Shown here one piece after another: positions 1 to 9,504 of a stretch of DNA of 53,873 nt. This DNA comes from a virus. Its lineage: Duplodnaviria; Caudoviricetes. Below the pieces are notes generated by a model. The model saw nothing but the letters and a program-made list of their open reading frames with translations, did no database searches and had not been told where the DNA came from. The translations under genes were made by a program, and so were the position numbers. The stretch spans positions 1-53,873 of IMG/VR virus record IMGVR_UViG_3300025131_008632; one strand, 5' to 3'. Numbering within the stretch: position 1 is the first letter of the stretch; every line of letters begins with the position of its first letter.

Positions 1-1
1 T

Positions 2-286
2 CGGCATGGAGTGCCTTTCTTTTTGTTGCTTTTTAATTTGTCCATTGGTTGGGCGCCATCCATTAACCCATTTTTCACGATTTGGCTGGACCCACCTTCT
101 CGTACAATCTAAACAACAATTATTTTCTTTGTAAGAAATATCATCATCACTGTCAGACAAAATAAAATCACACAGAGGACATGCAACAGGTATCGTTGGC
201 TGGTGATTTTTTGGCTTTACAACACAAAATTTATCGTGGTACACATAAAGCATATTATTTTTTTCTTCTATAAGTTTCTTTGTCAC
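2..286 (-). CDS. Cys-rich putative zinc-binding hypothetical protein (runs off the left edge; not in the ORF track)
   Basis: GTG at 286-284 overlaps the TAG of the Mre11-Rad50 gene. Manual translation is open to the edge: MTKKLIEEKNNMLYVYHDKFCVVKPKNHQPTIPVACPLCDFILSDSDDDISYKENNCCLDCTRRWVQPNREKWVNGWRPT..., with CPxC and CCxxC motifs. Confidence 0.75.
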   Translation of the reverse strand, partial: MTKKLIEEKNNMLYVYHDKFCVVKPKNHQPTIPVACPLCDFILSDSDDDISYKENNCCLDCTRRWVQPNREKWVNGWRPTNGQIKKQQKERHSMP

Positions 287-3200
287 TAGTCGTACCTCAC
301 CAGTGAATTATTTCCTACTGAAGAAATATCAACTACATTGTCGACTGAGTCTTTGACAGCGTCTATATGAGAAATAATAATAATGTTTCTAAACCACTTT
401 TTCAAAGATTCTAAGAGAGTATTGCAAGCCTCTATATTTGTTTCATCTAAAGCGCCAAATCCTTCGTCAATTATAAGCATGTCTGTTTTAGGTAGTGAAG
501 AAATATTAATAAGTGCAACACGAATCGCTAGAGACGCCATCATTTTTTCCATCCCAGATGCTAATTCTATTATTCTTTTAGAATCACCATAGTTTATATA
601 GATATCCATTGCATTTGAATCTGAGTCTGCTTCTAACTCAACAGTAAAGCCTGTAATTCCTTGCAAGATTTTAGAAATTTCAATGTTTATTAGTGGTAAT
701 TGAGAAGAAATAATTTGTCGAGGTATTCCTTTCTTAGAAACACCCTGTAAAAACATGTCGTATAGTTTTAATTCATTTTTTATTGTTGCATACTTTAGTT
801 TTTCTTTTTTAAGATTCGTGAGTTTAACTTCATTGTGTCCGATCTGCTCTGCAAGGCCAAGTCTATCAGCATCCAGATTGCTAATTTCACCTGATAATTC
901 TCTTATTTTATTTTTTAATTTAATACCTGCACTATTTGAATTATCATCTTCGACATTTATTTCCATTTTTGAAAATTTTAATTTTTCATCAACTAGCTTA
1001 GTTTTAAAAGTACTTTCTTTTGTAGCTAAATCATGTAATGTAATTTTTTTCTTAGAAACTTCAATTTTTATTTCGTTAAGACGTTTAAGTAATGCTTCGT
1101 ATTTTCTTTTTTGTTCATTCAAATCTTGCTTTTCAAGCATCTTCAAGGCACGTTTTGTCACTTTGACTTGTTCGTGAATTGTGCTGACTAAGTCTTTTTG
1201 CCCAGCAATTTTTTCTTTATTTTTATAAGAATTTTTTATAAACTTACAAGTAGGAAAATTATCACCACAAGGAACATCATTTAATATCGCTACTGACTTT
1301 TCCTGCAATGCTAATTCAATTTTTTGTAATTTATGTTTGTGTTCTAAATCAACAAGGCCCTTTTGAATATCAGAACATTCATCGATTCTCTCATTAATTT
1401 CTTCTATCGGAAACTTTTTCATGACCTGCTCGGTCATTTGAATTTTTAAATTTAGTTTGCCAACATCAAAAAGAACAGTATTTTTTTGACTAGTATTTTT
1501 TGTAATATCATTGCTTAATTTTTCAACAACTGTCTTTTGATCAGACAGGTCTTCTTGAGAGACAACATCAGGATTGGAAGAAGTAGCAAGCTTTATCTTA
1601 AAGTCTTGCAGTATGTGTCGATTATCTTTTATATCTTTTTCAACACTAACAATCTTGTTTTTTCTTCTTCTTAAGCTTTCTCTTACACGTTTAATTTCAA
1701 CATCATAATCAGTCTCAGGTGCCGAGCGTGCTATTGTTTTTAAAGGCATGGCTTCTTCTTTTGCAAGATCATACATTTTATCAAAGATATCTAAGTCTAA
1801 GAACTTACTTAGAATCATTTTTCTAGAAGTTGCTCTTTCTTTTATAAAAGTGTTCATGTCCCCCTGAGGTGCTAAAGATGTCAATAGAAAATCATTTGCG
1901 CCACCAATCAAAGTCCGTAGTATTTTTTCAGTCTCCCTTCTCTGCTCTTCTGATAAATCTTCGATATCAACACCATTGCTGTCAGTCTTAAAAAGATTTA
2001 ATCCCGTTGTTGATGATGTAACACCCTTTCGATTTTGTTTTTTTATCGTAAACCTTTCTACACGATAACATGTTCCATCAACACTAAACCATGCGTTTAC
2101 TTTGCAGTGTGCTTTTCTAGAGTTTATAATGTGTTCATTCTTAATTGAACCCCTGTCTGTAGTATTAAAAAACACATACATCAAAGTACCGATAATAGAT
2201 GATTTACCTGATCTGTTTTTACCAAAAATTCCAGTAATCCCATTAAGTTTTTCAAAATCAATGACATTGCCCTTTCCGTAACCAAATGTATTATCAAACT
2301 CTATCTTTTTTATTACCCATCTTGAGTTTCTTATTGAACTATCTTGTCTACACGACTCATTTGTAAATCTAGATACAAGATCATCAAACTTATTCCACTC
2401 TGATTTTGTCAAGCCTGCGTTTTGATGATATGTTCTCATTAACTCTCTTTGTAAGCTACTGTCTCTTAAACTTTTCTTTTCTATTAGTCCTTTGTTGGCT
2501 TCTATAAAACCAGTTTCAACATTTTTATCAACTTTATAAACAATTTCTGCTGCATTTTTTTGAGATTTTAATCTTGCACCTAAAAGCTTCATATCTGCTT
2601 GATGCAATAAACAATCAGCTCTTACTCTAAATCTTGCTCCGGATGGGTAGTTATCTGCTTCATTTAGCGTCTTTTCTACATTTTCTTTCCAATCGATTGT
2701 AATAAAAGGCTTGTCATGTAAAATTTCAACAAAATTAACATCAAATTCATCTTTTGATTTTATGTCCCAGACAAGAAAACCTTTGCCAGGGTCTTCTCCA
2801 TAATTTTGTTGTATGCTAGACCCGCAATATGCAATTCGTTTATCTTCTGTGAGGAACTGACACTTATGTATGTCACCTAATAGTGCAAAGTCATACTCTT
2901 TAAAAAAATCTGCTTTTATTTCACCCTCAATTTCCCAATTAATATCTGTCATAGAACCTATGACGCCACCATGATACAATGCAATATTAACTTCGTTCTC
3001 AATCGGTTTAACTCCAGACCAGCCGTCCTCATCAAAGCATGAAAATACACACCAGTTAAATCCAGAAGAGTCGATGGGATAAACACCAGACTTCTTATAA
3101 AGATGTATTCTAGGGTTATCCAGGGCTGTTAGAATAGGACTTATTGCATCCTGCCTTTGTTCGTTTAAAATAAGTCCATCGTGGTTGCCAAGAATAACAT

Positions 3201-3426
3201 GAACTGGACATATTTTAGCCATTTCTGTAAACCACCATGACAGGCAGTCAATTAGCTCAGGTGATATACCCTGTGTCTTACTATGAACAATATCGCCGGC
3301 GACGTATATGACGTCTGGTTTTAGATTTTTTGTCTTTTCAAAAAAATCAGTAAACGAACGACGATATTCATCGTGACGAGACAAGCCTCGCCAGTGAACA
3401 TCTGCTATGTGAACTATTCTCATCAA
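286..3426 (-). CDS. Fused Mre11/SbcD metallophosphoesterase nuclease + Rad50/SbcC ABC-ATPase (T4 gp47/gp46-like); start may be the ATG at 3423
   Basis: N-terminal motifs HIADVH, AGDIVH, GNHD and LGDIH, then Walker A GKNRSGKSS, a long coiled coil with central CGDNFPTC, a signature-like ASGMEK, Walker B/D-loop IIDEGFGALD and H-loop IISH. Confidence 0.95.
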   Translation of the reverse strand: MMRIVHIADVHWRGLSRHDEYRRSFTDFFEKTKNLKPDVIYVAGDIVHSKTQGISPELIDCLSWWFTEMAKICPVHVILGNHDGLILNEQRQDAISPILTALDNPRIHLYKKSGVYPIDSSGFNWCVFSCFDEDGWSGVKPIENEVNIALYHGGVIGSMTDINWEIEGEIKADFFKEYDFALLGDIHKCQFLTEDKRIAYCGSSIQQNYGEDPGKGFLVWDIKSKDEFDVNFVEILHDKPFITIDWKENVEKTLNEADNYPSGARFRVRADCLLHQADMKLLGARLKSQKNAAEIVYKVDKNVETGFIEANKGLIEKKSLRDSSLQRELMRTYHQNAGLTKSEWNKFDDLVSRFTNESCRQDSSIRNSRWVIKKIEFDNTFGYGKGNVIDFEKLNGITGIFGKNRSGKSSIIGTLMYVFFNTTDRGSIKNEHIINSRKAHCKVNAWFSVDGTCYRVERFTIKKQNRKGVTSSTTGLNLFKTDSNGVDIEDLSEEQRRETEKILRTLIGGANDFLLTSLAPQGDMNTFIKERATSRKMILSKFLDLDIFDKMYDLAKEEAMPLKTIARSAPETDYDVEIKRVRESLRRRKNKIVSVEKDIKDNRHILQDFKIKLATSSNPDVVSQEDLSDQKTVVEKLSNDITKNTSQKNTVLFDVGKLNLKIQMTEQVMKKFPIEEINERIDECSDIQKGLVDLEHKHKLQKIELALQEKSVAILNDVPCGDNFPTCKFIKNSYKNKEKIAGQKDLVSTIHEQVKVTKRALKMLEKQDLNEQKRKYEALLKRLNEIKIEVSKKKITLHDLATKESTFKTKLVDEKLKFSKMEINVEDDNSNSAGIKLKNKIRELSGEISNLDADRLGLAEQIGHNEVKLTNLKKEKLKYATIKNELKLYDMFLQGVSKKGIPRQIISSQLPLINIEISKILQGITGFTVELEADSDSNAMDIYINYGDSKRIIELASGMEKMMASLAIRVALINISSLPKTDMLIIDEGFGALDETNIEACNTLLESLKKWFRNIIIISHIDAVKDSVDNVVDISSVGNNSLVRYD

Positions 3427-3493
3427 TCCTCAACGGAATTTTCTCATAATCTTTTTAAATTATTCATCACGTGTATGAAGATGTACAAGAATT

Positions 3494-3850
3494 CTAGTGT
3501 GATTTTAACTTATACTCAATATACTCATAAGCAGAATTTATTTTATCTGCTGCGCGAGACACTTTGCTCTGCACCCACTCTGGAAGATCATCATCATCGT
3601 GAAGCATGTCATGCAAGCTTTGAGACTTTGTAAAAATATAATACAACTGCTTTTTAGTAGACCGACCTTCGCGGTCACTTGACTTTGTATGCCCATAACT
3701 TAAGTTTCTACCGTGATCTTGATGATCAGGCTCATCAAAGTCATCTAAAATACCGGGAGCATCATGATGTTTAAGTACAACATCATCTTGCATTAAATGT
3801 TTTATTTCTTCATCGATTAGCGATCTCAGCGCTGCTCTTGATAATTTCAT
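3494..3850 (-). CDS. Small phage protein with N-terminal MKLxxxxLRxLIxEE motif; candidate internal head protein
   Basis: 118-aa ORF with AGGAG Shine-Dalgarno and an upstream ATAGTTA motif; C-terminal DDLPEWVQSKV...AADKI...YEY segment. Function is inferred. Confidence 0.6.
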   Translation of the reverse strand: MKLSRAALRSLIDEEIKHLMQDDVVLKHHDAPGILDDFDEPDHQDHGRNLSYGHTKSSDREGRSTKKQLYYIFTKSQSLHDMLHDDDDLPEWVQSKVSRAADKINSAYEYIEYKLKSH

Positions 3851-3867
3851 TAGAACACTCCTAAAGA

Positions 3868-3874
3868 TAACTAT
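3868..3874 (-). promoter_or_regulatory. Putative late promoter ATAGTTA (ATANTTA family)
   Basis: 17 nt upstream of the ATG at 3850, followed by AGGAG; same motif and similar spacing at four other intergenic sites. Confidence 0.6.
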
Positions 3875-3880
3875 CTAAAA

Positions 3881-4861
3881 TCAGAGAATAGATCCGCTTC
3901 CAATTTCTGAAATTTTATATTTTAACCTTGTATCTCTTTCCCATGACAGTGCACTCATACTTGCTTTTTTAAATTCGTTTTTTGTCATTTCACCTACGTC
4001 GCTTTTTGCACCTAAATCAACTATCTTTACATGACACCCATAAGAGTTAAGCAGAGAAGCAATTTTTTGAGTCTTGCGTTGCATATCAGAATCTAATGCA
4101 AGAACTACAGGTGTTCTGTGTTTTATGATCTTTTGAAATAAATACATCTCTTCTGTAAGGTTAGAACCTAAGAGACAAGTTGTATTTTCATTTGTTTTCA
4201 TTAGATCAAACGGTCCCTCAACTAAAGTTAACTCATCTTGCCAGTCAATACTGTATTCATTAAAAATAATTGTCTTTTTGTCTGTAGGTGCATTTATATA
4301 TTTAAAATTACAGTCTGGGTCAATTGATCTAGCAACAAAAAAATTAAGTTCACCGTTAACGTTAAAAGATGGTACAATTACTCTGCGACGATATCTTCCT
4401 GTTGTAATAGCGCCTAGTTTAAAGTACCAAATATCTTTTTCTGTGAGTCCTCTTTTAAACAAATAGCGAACACAAGCTTTTAAGTCAGGGTCTTTGATGT
4501 TCTTTGCTTTCCCTAGGAATGTAAAACCATGCGGTAGAATTAATTTTTCTTCTTCTTCTTTTTCATCTAAGTAGACAGTTTCACTTCTAGGAATAAACTG
4601 TGCTCTAAATGTAGATGCTTTTTCGTGACTAAAGTATTTTTTTAAAATAGGTAAAAGCGTCTTTCCCTTAAGGCCACATACCCAACAGTGTGACTGCCAA
4701 GTTGATAAATTTATAGAAAGTTTCTTTTTACTTGAACCATTGCAAGAAGGACAAGAAACAGCAACATTCTCACCGGCTCTGTCTAAATCACAAGATCCAA
4801 ACACACTTTTTATAAATCTTACTTTACTACTAACTGTATTCACAAGAGAATCATACAACAA
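3881..4861 (-). CDS. DnaG-like DNA primase (zinc-binding domain + TOPRIM)
   Basis: CPSC...HCWVC zinc finger, YLFKRGL, RRVIVP, FFVARS and KYIN motifs, TOPRIM motifs LVEGPFD and LALDSD. Confidence 0.88.
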   Translation of the reverse strand: MLYDSLVNTVSSKVRFIKSVFGSCDLDRAGENVAVSCPSCNGSSKKKLSINLSTWQSHCWVCGLKGKTLLPILKKYFSHEKASTFRAQFIPRSETVYLDEKEEEEKLILPHGFTFLGKAKNIKDPDLKACVRYLFKRGLTEKDIWYFKLGAITTGRYRRRVIVPSFNVNGELNFFVARSIDPDCNFKYINAPTDKKTIIFNEYSIDWQDELTLVEGPFDLMKTNENTTCLLGSNLTEEMYLFQKIIKHRTPVVLALDSDMQRKTQKIASLLNSYGCHVKIVDLGAKSDVGEMTKNEFKKASMSALSWERDTRLKYKISEIGSGSIL

Positions 4862-4868
4862 GCAAGTG

Positions 4869-5411
4869 CTATTTTATCATATTAAAACCTGCTGAAGCTA
4901 TTACATAAGCATCAGCCATGTCATAACAGCCGGGTGACAGTATAGACAAACCTTTTCTTGGGCCAGATTTTAATATTTTCATAGGCCAGGAAACGTCAAT
5001 TCTTTTATCAACCCATTCAAAAACTTGTTCTTTTGTATTTAGTTTAGATTTTCTATCTAACTTCAACCCTAATCTTTTTCTAGCAATGTTTACGTTAATA
5101 AATTGCGGTTCAATATTAAGGTCTCTATTACAAATGTAACTTATTATGCCATTGAATCTTGCAAGTGTCATTAATGTTTTTGCTGATGAAAAACCAGGTC
5201 TAAAAGCTTGCAAATTTTCTTCGATAAAAATATCTTTAATGTCAAACTCATTGTGTAGTGCAATCAATGCTTGTTTAACATCGTCAGCTTTTAAAAGAAA
5301 ATTCTTTTGTTTCGAGAGGTCAACATAACCCATTTTTACTAATTTTGAGTCTACTGAATCAATCAATGACCACCCAGTGCAACTTGTAGATATGTCTAAC
5401 CCTAAAATCAA
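4869..5411 (-). CDS. RuvC-like Holliday junction resolvase
   Basis: ILGLDISTSCTGW (catalytic Asp), IFIEE, KEQV and DMADAYVIA, matching the RNase H-fold RuvC pattern. Confidence 0.85.
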   Translation of the reverse strand: MILGLDISTSCTGWSLIDSVDSKLVKMGYVDLSKQKNFLLKADDVKQALIALHNEFDIKDIFIEENLQAFRPGFSSAKTLMTLARFNGIISYICNRDLNIEPQFINVNIARKRLGLKLDRKSKLNTKEQVFEWVDKRIDVSWPMKILKSGPRKGLSILSPGCYDMADAYVIASAGFNMIK

Positions 5412-8400
5412 TTAAAAGTCCAACTTAATCTTAAAGAGGAACTCATCAACCCACCGTTTTACAACAGGCTGTGCAAGGTTTGCTCTCATTATGACATTTA
5501 GATTTTCATCATGCAAATTAATGCTCGTAATGTAGTTAAATTCAGGGGCTGCGTCATTTGCATTCATTGTTGCAGATAGTGGGAGGTATGAGGGATTAGA
5601 AGAACTATTAGCTTGACTGCTTGGTGCAAATGCATTTACTGTCATAATATGCACCCTTTGCTTACCTGCAAAGTCACAATCAAAGTAATCTTTTCCGAAA
5701 TGCGCTATATGCGGTGATTTAACTATACCGACGCCTTCATCATAAAATATATTGCCAACATTTGACCATTGTGCTTGTTTTGTTAAGCAGTCTGCCCTGT
5801 ATAGTCCGCCATTTCCGTCGTCCCTTAATGTAATAGAGATCTTCCCGCTTGAGCCCGTGTAGTATGGGTCTCGAAGCCTAAACGTCCCTGCTTCTATTCT
5901 TTGACCATAAAATAAGTTTGATATGTCAATCAATCTAATCTCATTAGAAGAAGGATCAGCAGTTGTCTGGTATATCCAGAAATCATATGATGGGTCAATT
6001 ACACCGCCGTCAAAACGAAATCCAGGTCCACAGCCGCCATTCAGACCCCAGTTGATTCCCCATCCGTCAGGATTGTCAGGTGACACGTGATCTTGAAAGC
6101 CCCAGACGCGATTTACCAGCCCGTCGAACGTCGTTCGCCACGGATCAGATGTTGGTTTTTTTGTGTCTAACACTGCAGCTGGTGAACCTGTTAGGTGTGA
6201 TGTCTGTGCAGCATACTCCCAACCGCCATCAGCTTGTGACGTGTTATTATTAGCAAGTTTGTTCGATAATCCAGGTTGCCAGTCAAATAGATTTTGAAGC
6301 CCTATAAGTGTAAGATCTAATTCGCCATCGTCATCAACAAAAATAGACATGGGCTCCATGGCACCGCCACGGGGCTTAAATAGATCAGAATATTGTGGTG
6401 GGCGAAGCGGGTCTTTCATTGCTTGCGCAAAAGATGCTATTGTTTCTTTTTCACCTGGAGTAGAGCCCACACCGTCAGTTACAACAGAACCAGATAATAA
6501 CCACCCATAATTAGGCGCAAATAGACCGTTATCATTTGGAAGTAGCGCTAAGTTCCTCCTAACGAGTGAGCCAGTAGAATAAAAGTGGTCAAGTGCACCT
6601 GAAACAGGTGTAAGGAACTTTCCATCAACTTTAGCTGTATACTCATTAAATCGTTTCTTCTCCATAGCATCGGCAGGATATGTGCCCTCAGTGGTGCGAG
6701 CCCCGGACTCGCCCAACTGTTGTTCTGCATAGATTGAATTGACTCGACCCACATTCATCCAGTATCTATTGAATGCTCCGCGATGCTTTTGTGCGACAGA
6801 AGACGCAGTCAAATACATGAGACGTGGATAGTTTCCTGGCCTGAATCCAAATACGTCGCTCATTGCGTCAGGTACATTGACTGGTCCGCCAATAAACTCT
6901 CTACAGAAATTTTCCACATTTATAAGTGTTGCGTCTGTGGAAAAAGAAAGACCTGCATTAAAAGGACGACTTAACATCGATGCTGAGTTGTATTCTAACA
7001 CAGTGCTTTTATTCGGATACAATGCTTCAGACACCTTAGGCTCGTCGGGAGTACCAACATCTGGCGGATAATCAGAATTCTTGTTACCTACATGCAACAC
7101 CTGTTCAGAAAAACCGCCCCAGGTGTCTTCTCCAAAGTATCGGCTTCCAGGGCCGACTTCCAGTCCGTTAAGATAACCATTTAAAGCATACTCAAAACCT
7201 CTGGCAGCGTCGATGTCTTTTTTGAAACTCTGAACACAATTTAATAAAAAAGACCTATTGGGTGACTCCTTGACAAAAAATGGTGGGAGGTAAAACAATA
7301 GTGAAGTATCAGATGATTCAGCTCTAAAGGTGTGTTGCTCCTTGAGGATTGTTTCTTTACCCACGTCATCGGGTGTACCGTCGCCCGGATAGAGCGGGTT
7401 TTGTGTCAAACCGTCTTCTAAATATCTTGGACTAGGATAGCCCGTCGAATTATCAATAGTGTCTGCATGCGAAGTGAGTGACATGGACCTTGAGTATGCA
7501 AGCTTTGTTCCGGGCCCCTCAATTGATCCTGTGACAATATCTTCTAAGGACCTATACCTATCATAGATCTTAATCTCGTGAATCTCAGCGTTAAGCTGTG
7601 AATAAAATCCAAAATCTGTGGGATCTGTACCTGCAAGTTGACCGTGCATGAGGCCGCCAAGGCTTGCTCTTCTTGCATACATACTGCCACTGGAAGAGGT
7701 ACCTCCTGGCCCAAGACCAAAGGCATCATTAGCAGCGCTGTGCCTGACAGGTACAATACCCTCATTTATTGATGCAGTAAGATTAAAAAAGTTATACAGC
7801 CTACTTTCTTGTGGGCATAATGATCCAGTTCCTGCACCTTCATAAAAATTACCAATTACCAGTATGTCAGGATCGGGGACACCTTTTTGATCTTCTGCTG
7901 TTTGTTTCTGGGTGCCTAGCGCAATAGATGTTGCAGTTCTCTCAACAACACCTTGAGCATCAGCTGGACTGTCATAAGTCGGGGTAGCGTTTATGGCTTG
8001 GCGCATATTAGCTACAGGTAGTTGAGGTGCTATTGACATGGAAGGGACATAAATTGTACCTCTTTCCTCGCCGTCAATGATAAATGTACCTGTTCCGTGG
8101 TTTACTCTTTCTGTCCCCCACCGAATACCAACGTAGTGCCAGTGATTGCGCTTGAGTGAGTTGTCGTCAGATACAAACATTAAATCGTCTGTGTGTTGTG
8201 CCTCATTACTTGTTGTTAGAACATTTGAATTCGCACTAAGTCTGACGCTTCTTGGACGAATCTCAGCTGAGTGAGAAAGTTGCAACATGATTCTGTAACC
8301 GTCAGTAAGACCGCTCGCGTCAACTGAAGAACCCGGTACAAGTGAAATTGCGAACACTGTCGGCATGTGCATGATTGTGCCCACATTAAAGGGCTTTGTC

Positions 8401-9464
8401 ACATACATTCCGTCTGATACATCTCCTGTGCGCTCGTTGGTGTATCTTGGATTAATCCAGAACTCAAATGTAAACGAGCCAGTGGGTGTGTATGGACCAC
8501 GGCCCGCGCGAAGCCCAGGTAGCGTGTCAGGAGCTCTTTCTCTGTAATCTAACTCTTTGTAATTCCAATGCGTAGGTACTTTATCCCAACCTGCTTGGCG
8601 ATGTGGGTGATCTAACCCAAAAGGTGCTGACATGGGTGGTATTGCACCTGTTGAATTATTATAAATCAAACACGCGCCATCAGGCATGCCTGACCCAGTA
8701 AAGAAGTTAAGCGTGTGATAATTCTTATATGCAAACTGAGAGTCAGTATAGCGACCCGCATTCATGGGCATTAGGGTATTTCGTATAAAATCTTTCAACC
8801 CTCGTGCTGAACCACTTGGGCTTGTTACATATGTTCCTGCCTCAGCAGGATAATGATCATCATTATTTTTTGCTCTAGTACCTAACTGTTCATACCTGTA
8901 GGGTGGCCTAAAGATCTTTATCTCTTTCTTTTTTCTGTTTCTAGCAGGCTGGCGACGCTGGTTTATGATACCGGGTTGCCCGTCGGATTCGTAACCAGGA
9001 CCAAGTTCGATTGGTGTGTAACCGCCACTTGAAGACATTGGTCCTACATTAAGCTCGCCCTCAGCCATTCCTACAAATGTATACATTGCACCGGACATGT
9101 TTGTGCCTAGTGGAATTTCACCTAAATCATTACCATATAATTTAGTAAAATAATCACCAAATTCGTAAGGGCTTAGACCTACATATTCTTCTGTCTCTAA
9201 AAAAGGTTCAGTCTTGATTGTTGTCCCAAGCGTTCCATCAGCTTCAAACTTAACAAACATTCCTTGGGGAAAGTCTTTAAATACAGGACTAGGTCTAGGT
9301 ACAACACTAATGGAACCTGTGATTCCATCATTAAAACCATGTTTAGCTGTAAGGACATTCTCACCGGGTGGCAGATCCATTGCACCAGAAGAGTAGGACC
9401 TACTTGGATGGGTCTGCAGAGATGTGAGTTCAATCAACTCTTTATGAACTTTAAAGATTCCCAT
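5412..9464 (-). CDS. Large virion/baseplate-associated protein with LamG (concanavalin A-like) domain and conserved C-terminal domain
   Basis: FTFEFWINP, NHWHYVGIRW, FIIDG and EIHEIKIYDRYRS are LamG-like. The C-terminus NSSSNPSY...YITSINLHDENLNVIMRANLAQPVVK...KLDF is paralogous to the 415-aa neighbour. Confidence 0.7.
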   Translation of the reverse strand: MGIFKVHKELIELTSLQTHPSRSYSSGAMDLPPGENVLTAKHGFNDGITGSISVVPRPSPVFKDFPQGMFVKFEADGTLGTTIKTEPFLETEEYVGLSPYEFGDYFTKLYGNDLGEIPLGTNMSGAMYTFVGMAEGELNVGPMSSSGGYTPIELGPGYESDGQPGIINQRRQPARNRKKKEIKIFRPPYRYEQLGTRAKNNDDHYPAEAGTYVTSPSGSARGLKDFIRNTLMPMNAGRYTDSQFAYKNYHTLNFFTGSGMPDGACLIYNNSTGAIPPMSAPFGLDHPHRQAGWDKVPTHWNYKELDYRERAPDTLPGLRAGRGPYTPTGSFTFEFWINPRYTNERTGDVSDGMYVTKPFNVGTIMHMPTVFAISLVPGSSVDASGLTDGYRIMLQLSHSAEIRPRSVRLSANSNVLTTSNEAQHTDDLMFVSDDNSLKRNHWHYVGIRWGTERVNHGTGTFIIDGEERGTIYVPSMSIAPQLPVANMRQAINATPTYDSPADAQGVVERTATSIALGTQKQTAEDQKGVPDPDILVIGNFYEGAGTGSLCPQESRLYNFFNLTASINEGIVPVRHSAANDAFGLGPGGTSSSGSMYARRASLGGLMHGQLAGTDPTDFGFYSQLNAEIHEIKIYDRYRSLEDIVTGSIEGPGTKLAYSRSMSLTSHADTIDNSTGYPSPRYLEDGLTQNPLYPGDGTPDDVGKETILKEQHTFRAESSDTSLLFYLPPFFVKESPNRSFLLNCVQSFKKDIDAARGFEYALNGYLNGLEVGPGSRYFGEDTWGGFSEQVLHVGNKNSDYPPDVGTPDEPKVSEALYPNKSTVLEYNSASMLSRPFNAGLSFSTDATLINVENFCREFIGGPVNVPDAMSDVFGFRPGNYPRLMYLTASSVAQKHRGAFNRYWMNVGRVNSIYAEQQLGESGARTTEGTYPADAMEKKRFNEYTAKVDGKFLTPVSGALDHFYSTGSLVRRNLALLPNDNGLFAPNYGWLLSGSVVTDGVGSTPGEKETIASFAQAMKDPLRPPQYSDLFKPRGGAMEPMSIFVDDDGELDLTLIGLQNLFDWQPGLSNKLANNNTSQADGGWEYAAQTSHLTGSPAAVLDTKKPTSDPWRTTFDGLVNRVWGFQDHVSPDNPDGWGINWGLNGGCGPGFRFDGGVIDPSYDFWIYQTTADPSSNEIRLIDISNLFYGQRIEAGTFRLRDPYYTGSSGKISITLRDDGNGGLYRADCLTKQAQWSNVGNIFYDEGVGIVKSPHIAHFGKDYFDCDFAGKQRVHIMTVNAFAPSSQANSSSNPSYLPLSATMNANDAAPEFNYITSINLHDENLNVIMRANLAQPVVKRWVDEFLFKIKLDF

Positions 9465-9504
9465 CTAACACTCTCCTACGACAATCATAACCCCCATCTT
9501 CAGA

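Noticed and set aside
4869-9464. In-frame readthrough fusion of the 1350-aa structural protein into the RuvC-like gene
   Set aside because: The stop is TAA, the upstream protein ends in the same LDF terminus as its paralog, and the RuvC-like protein begins with its normal N-terminal MILGLD motif.
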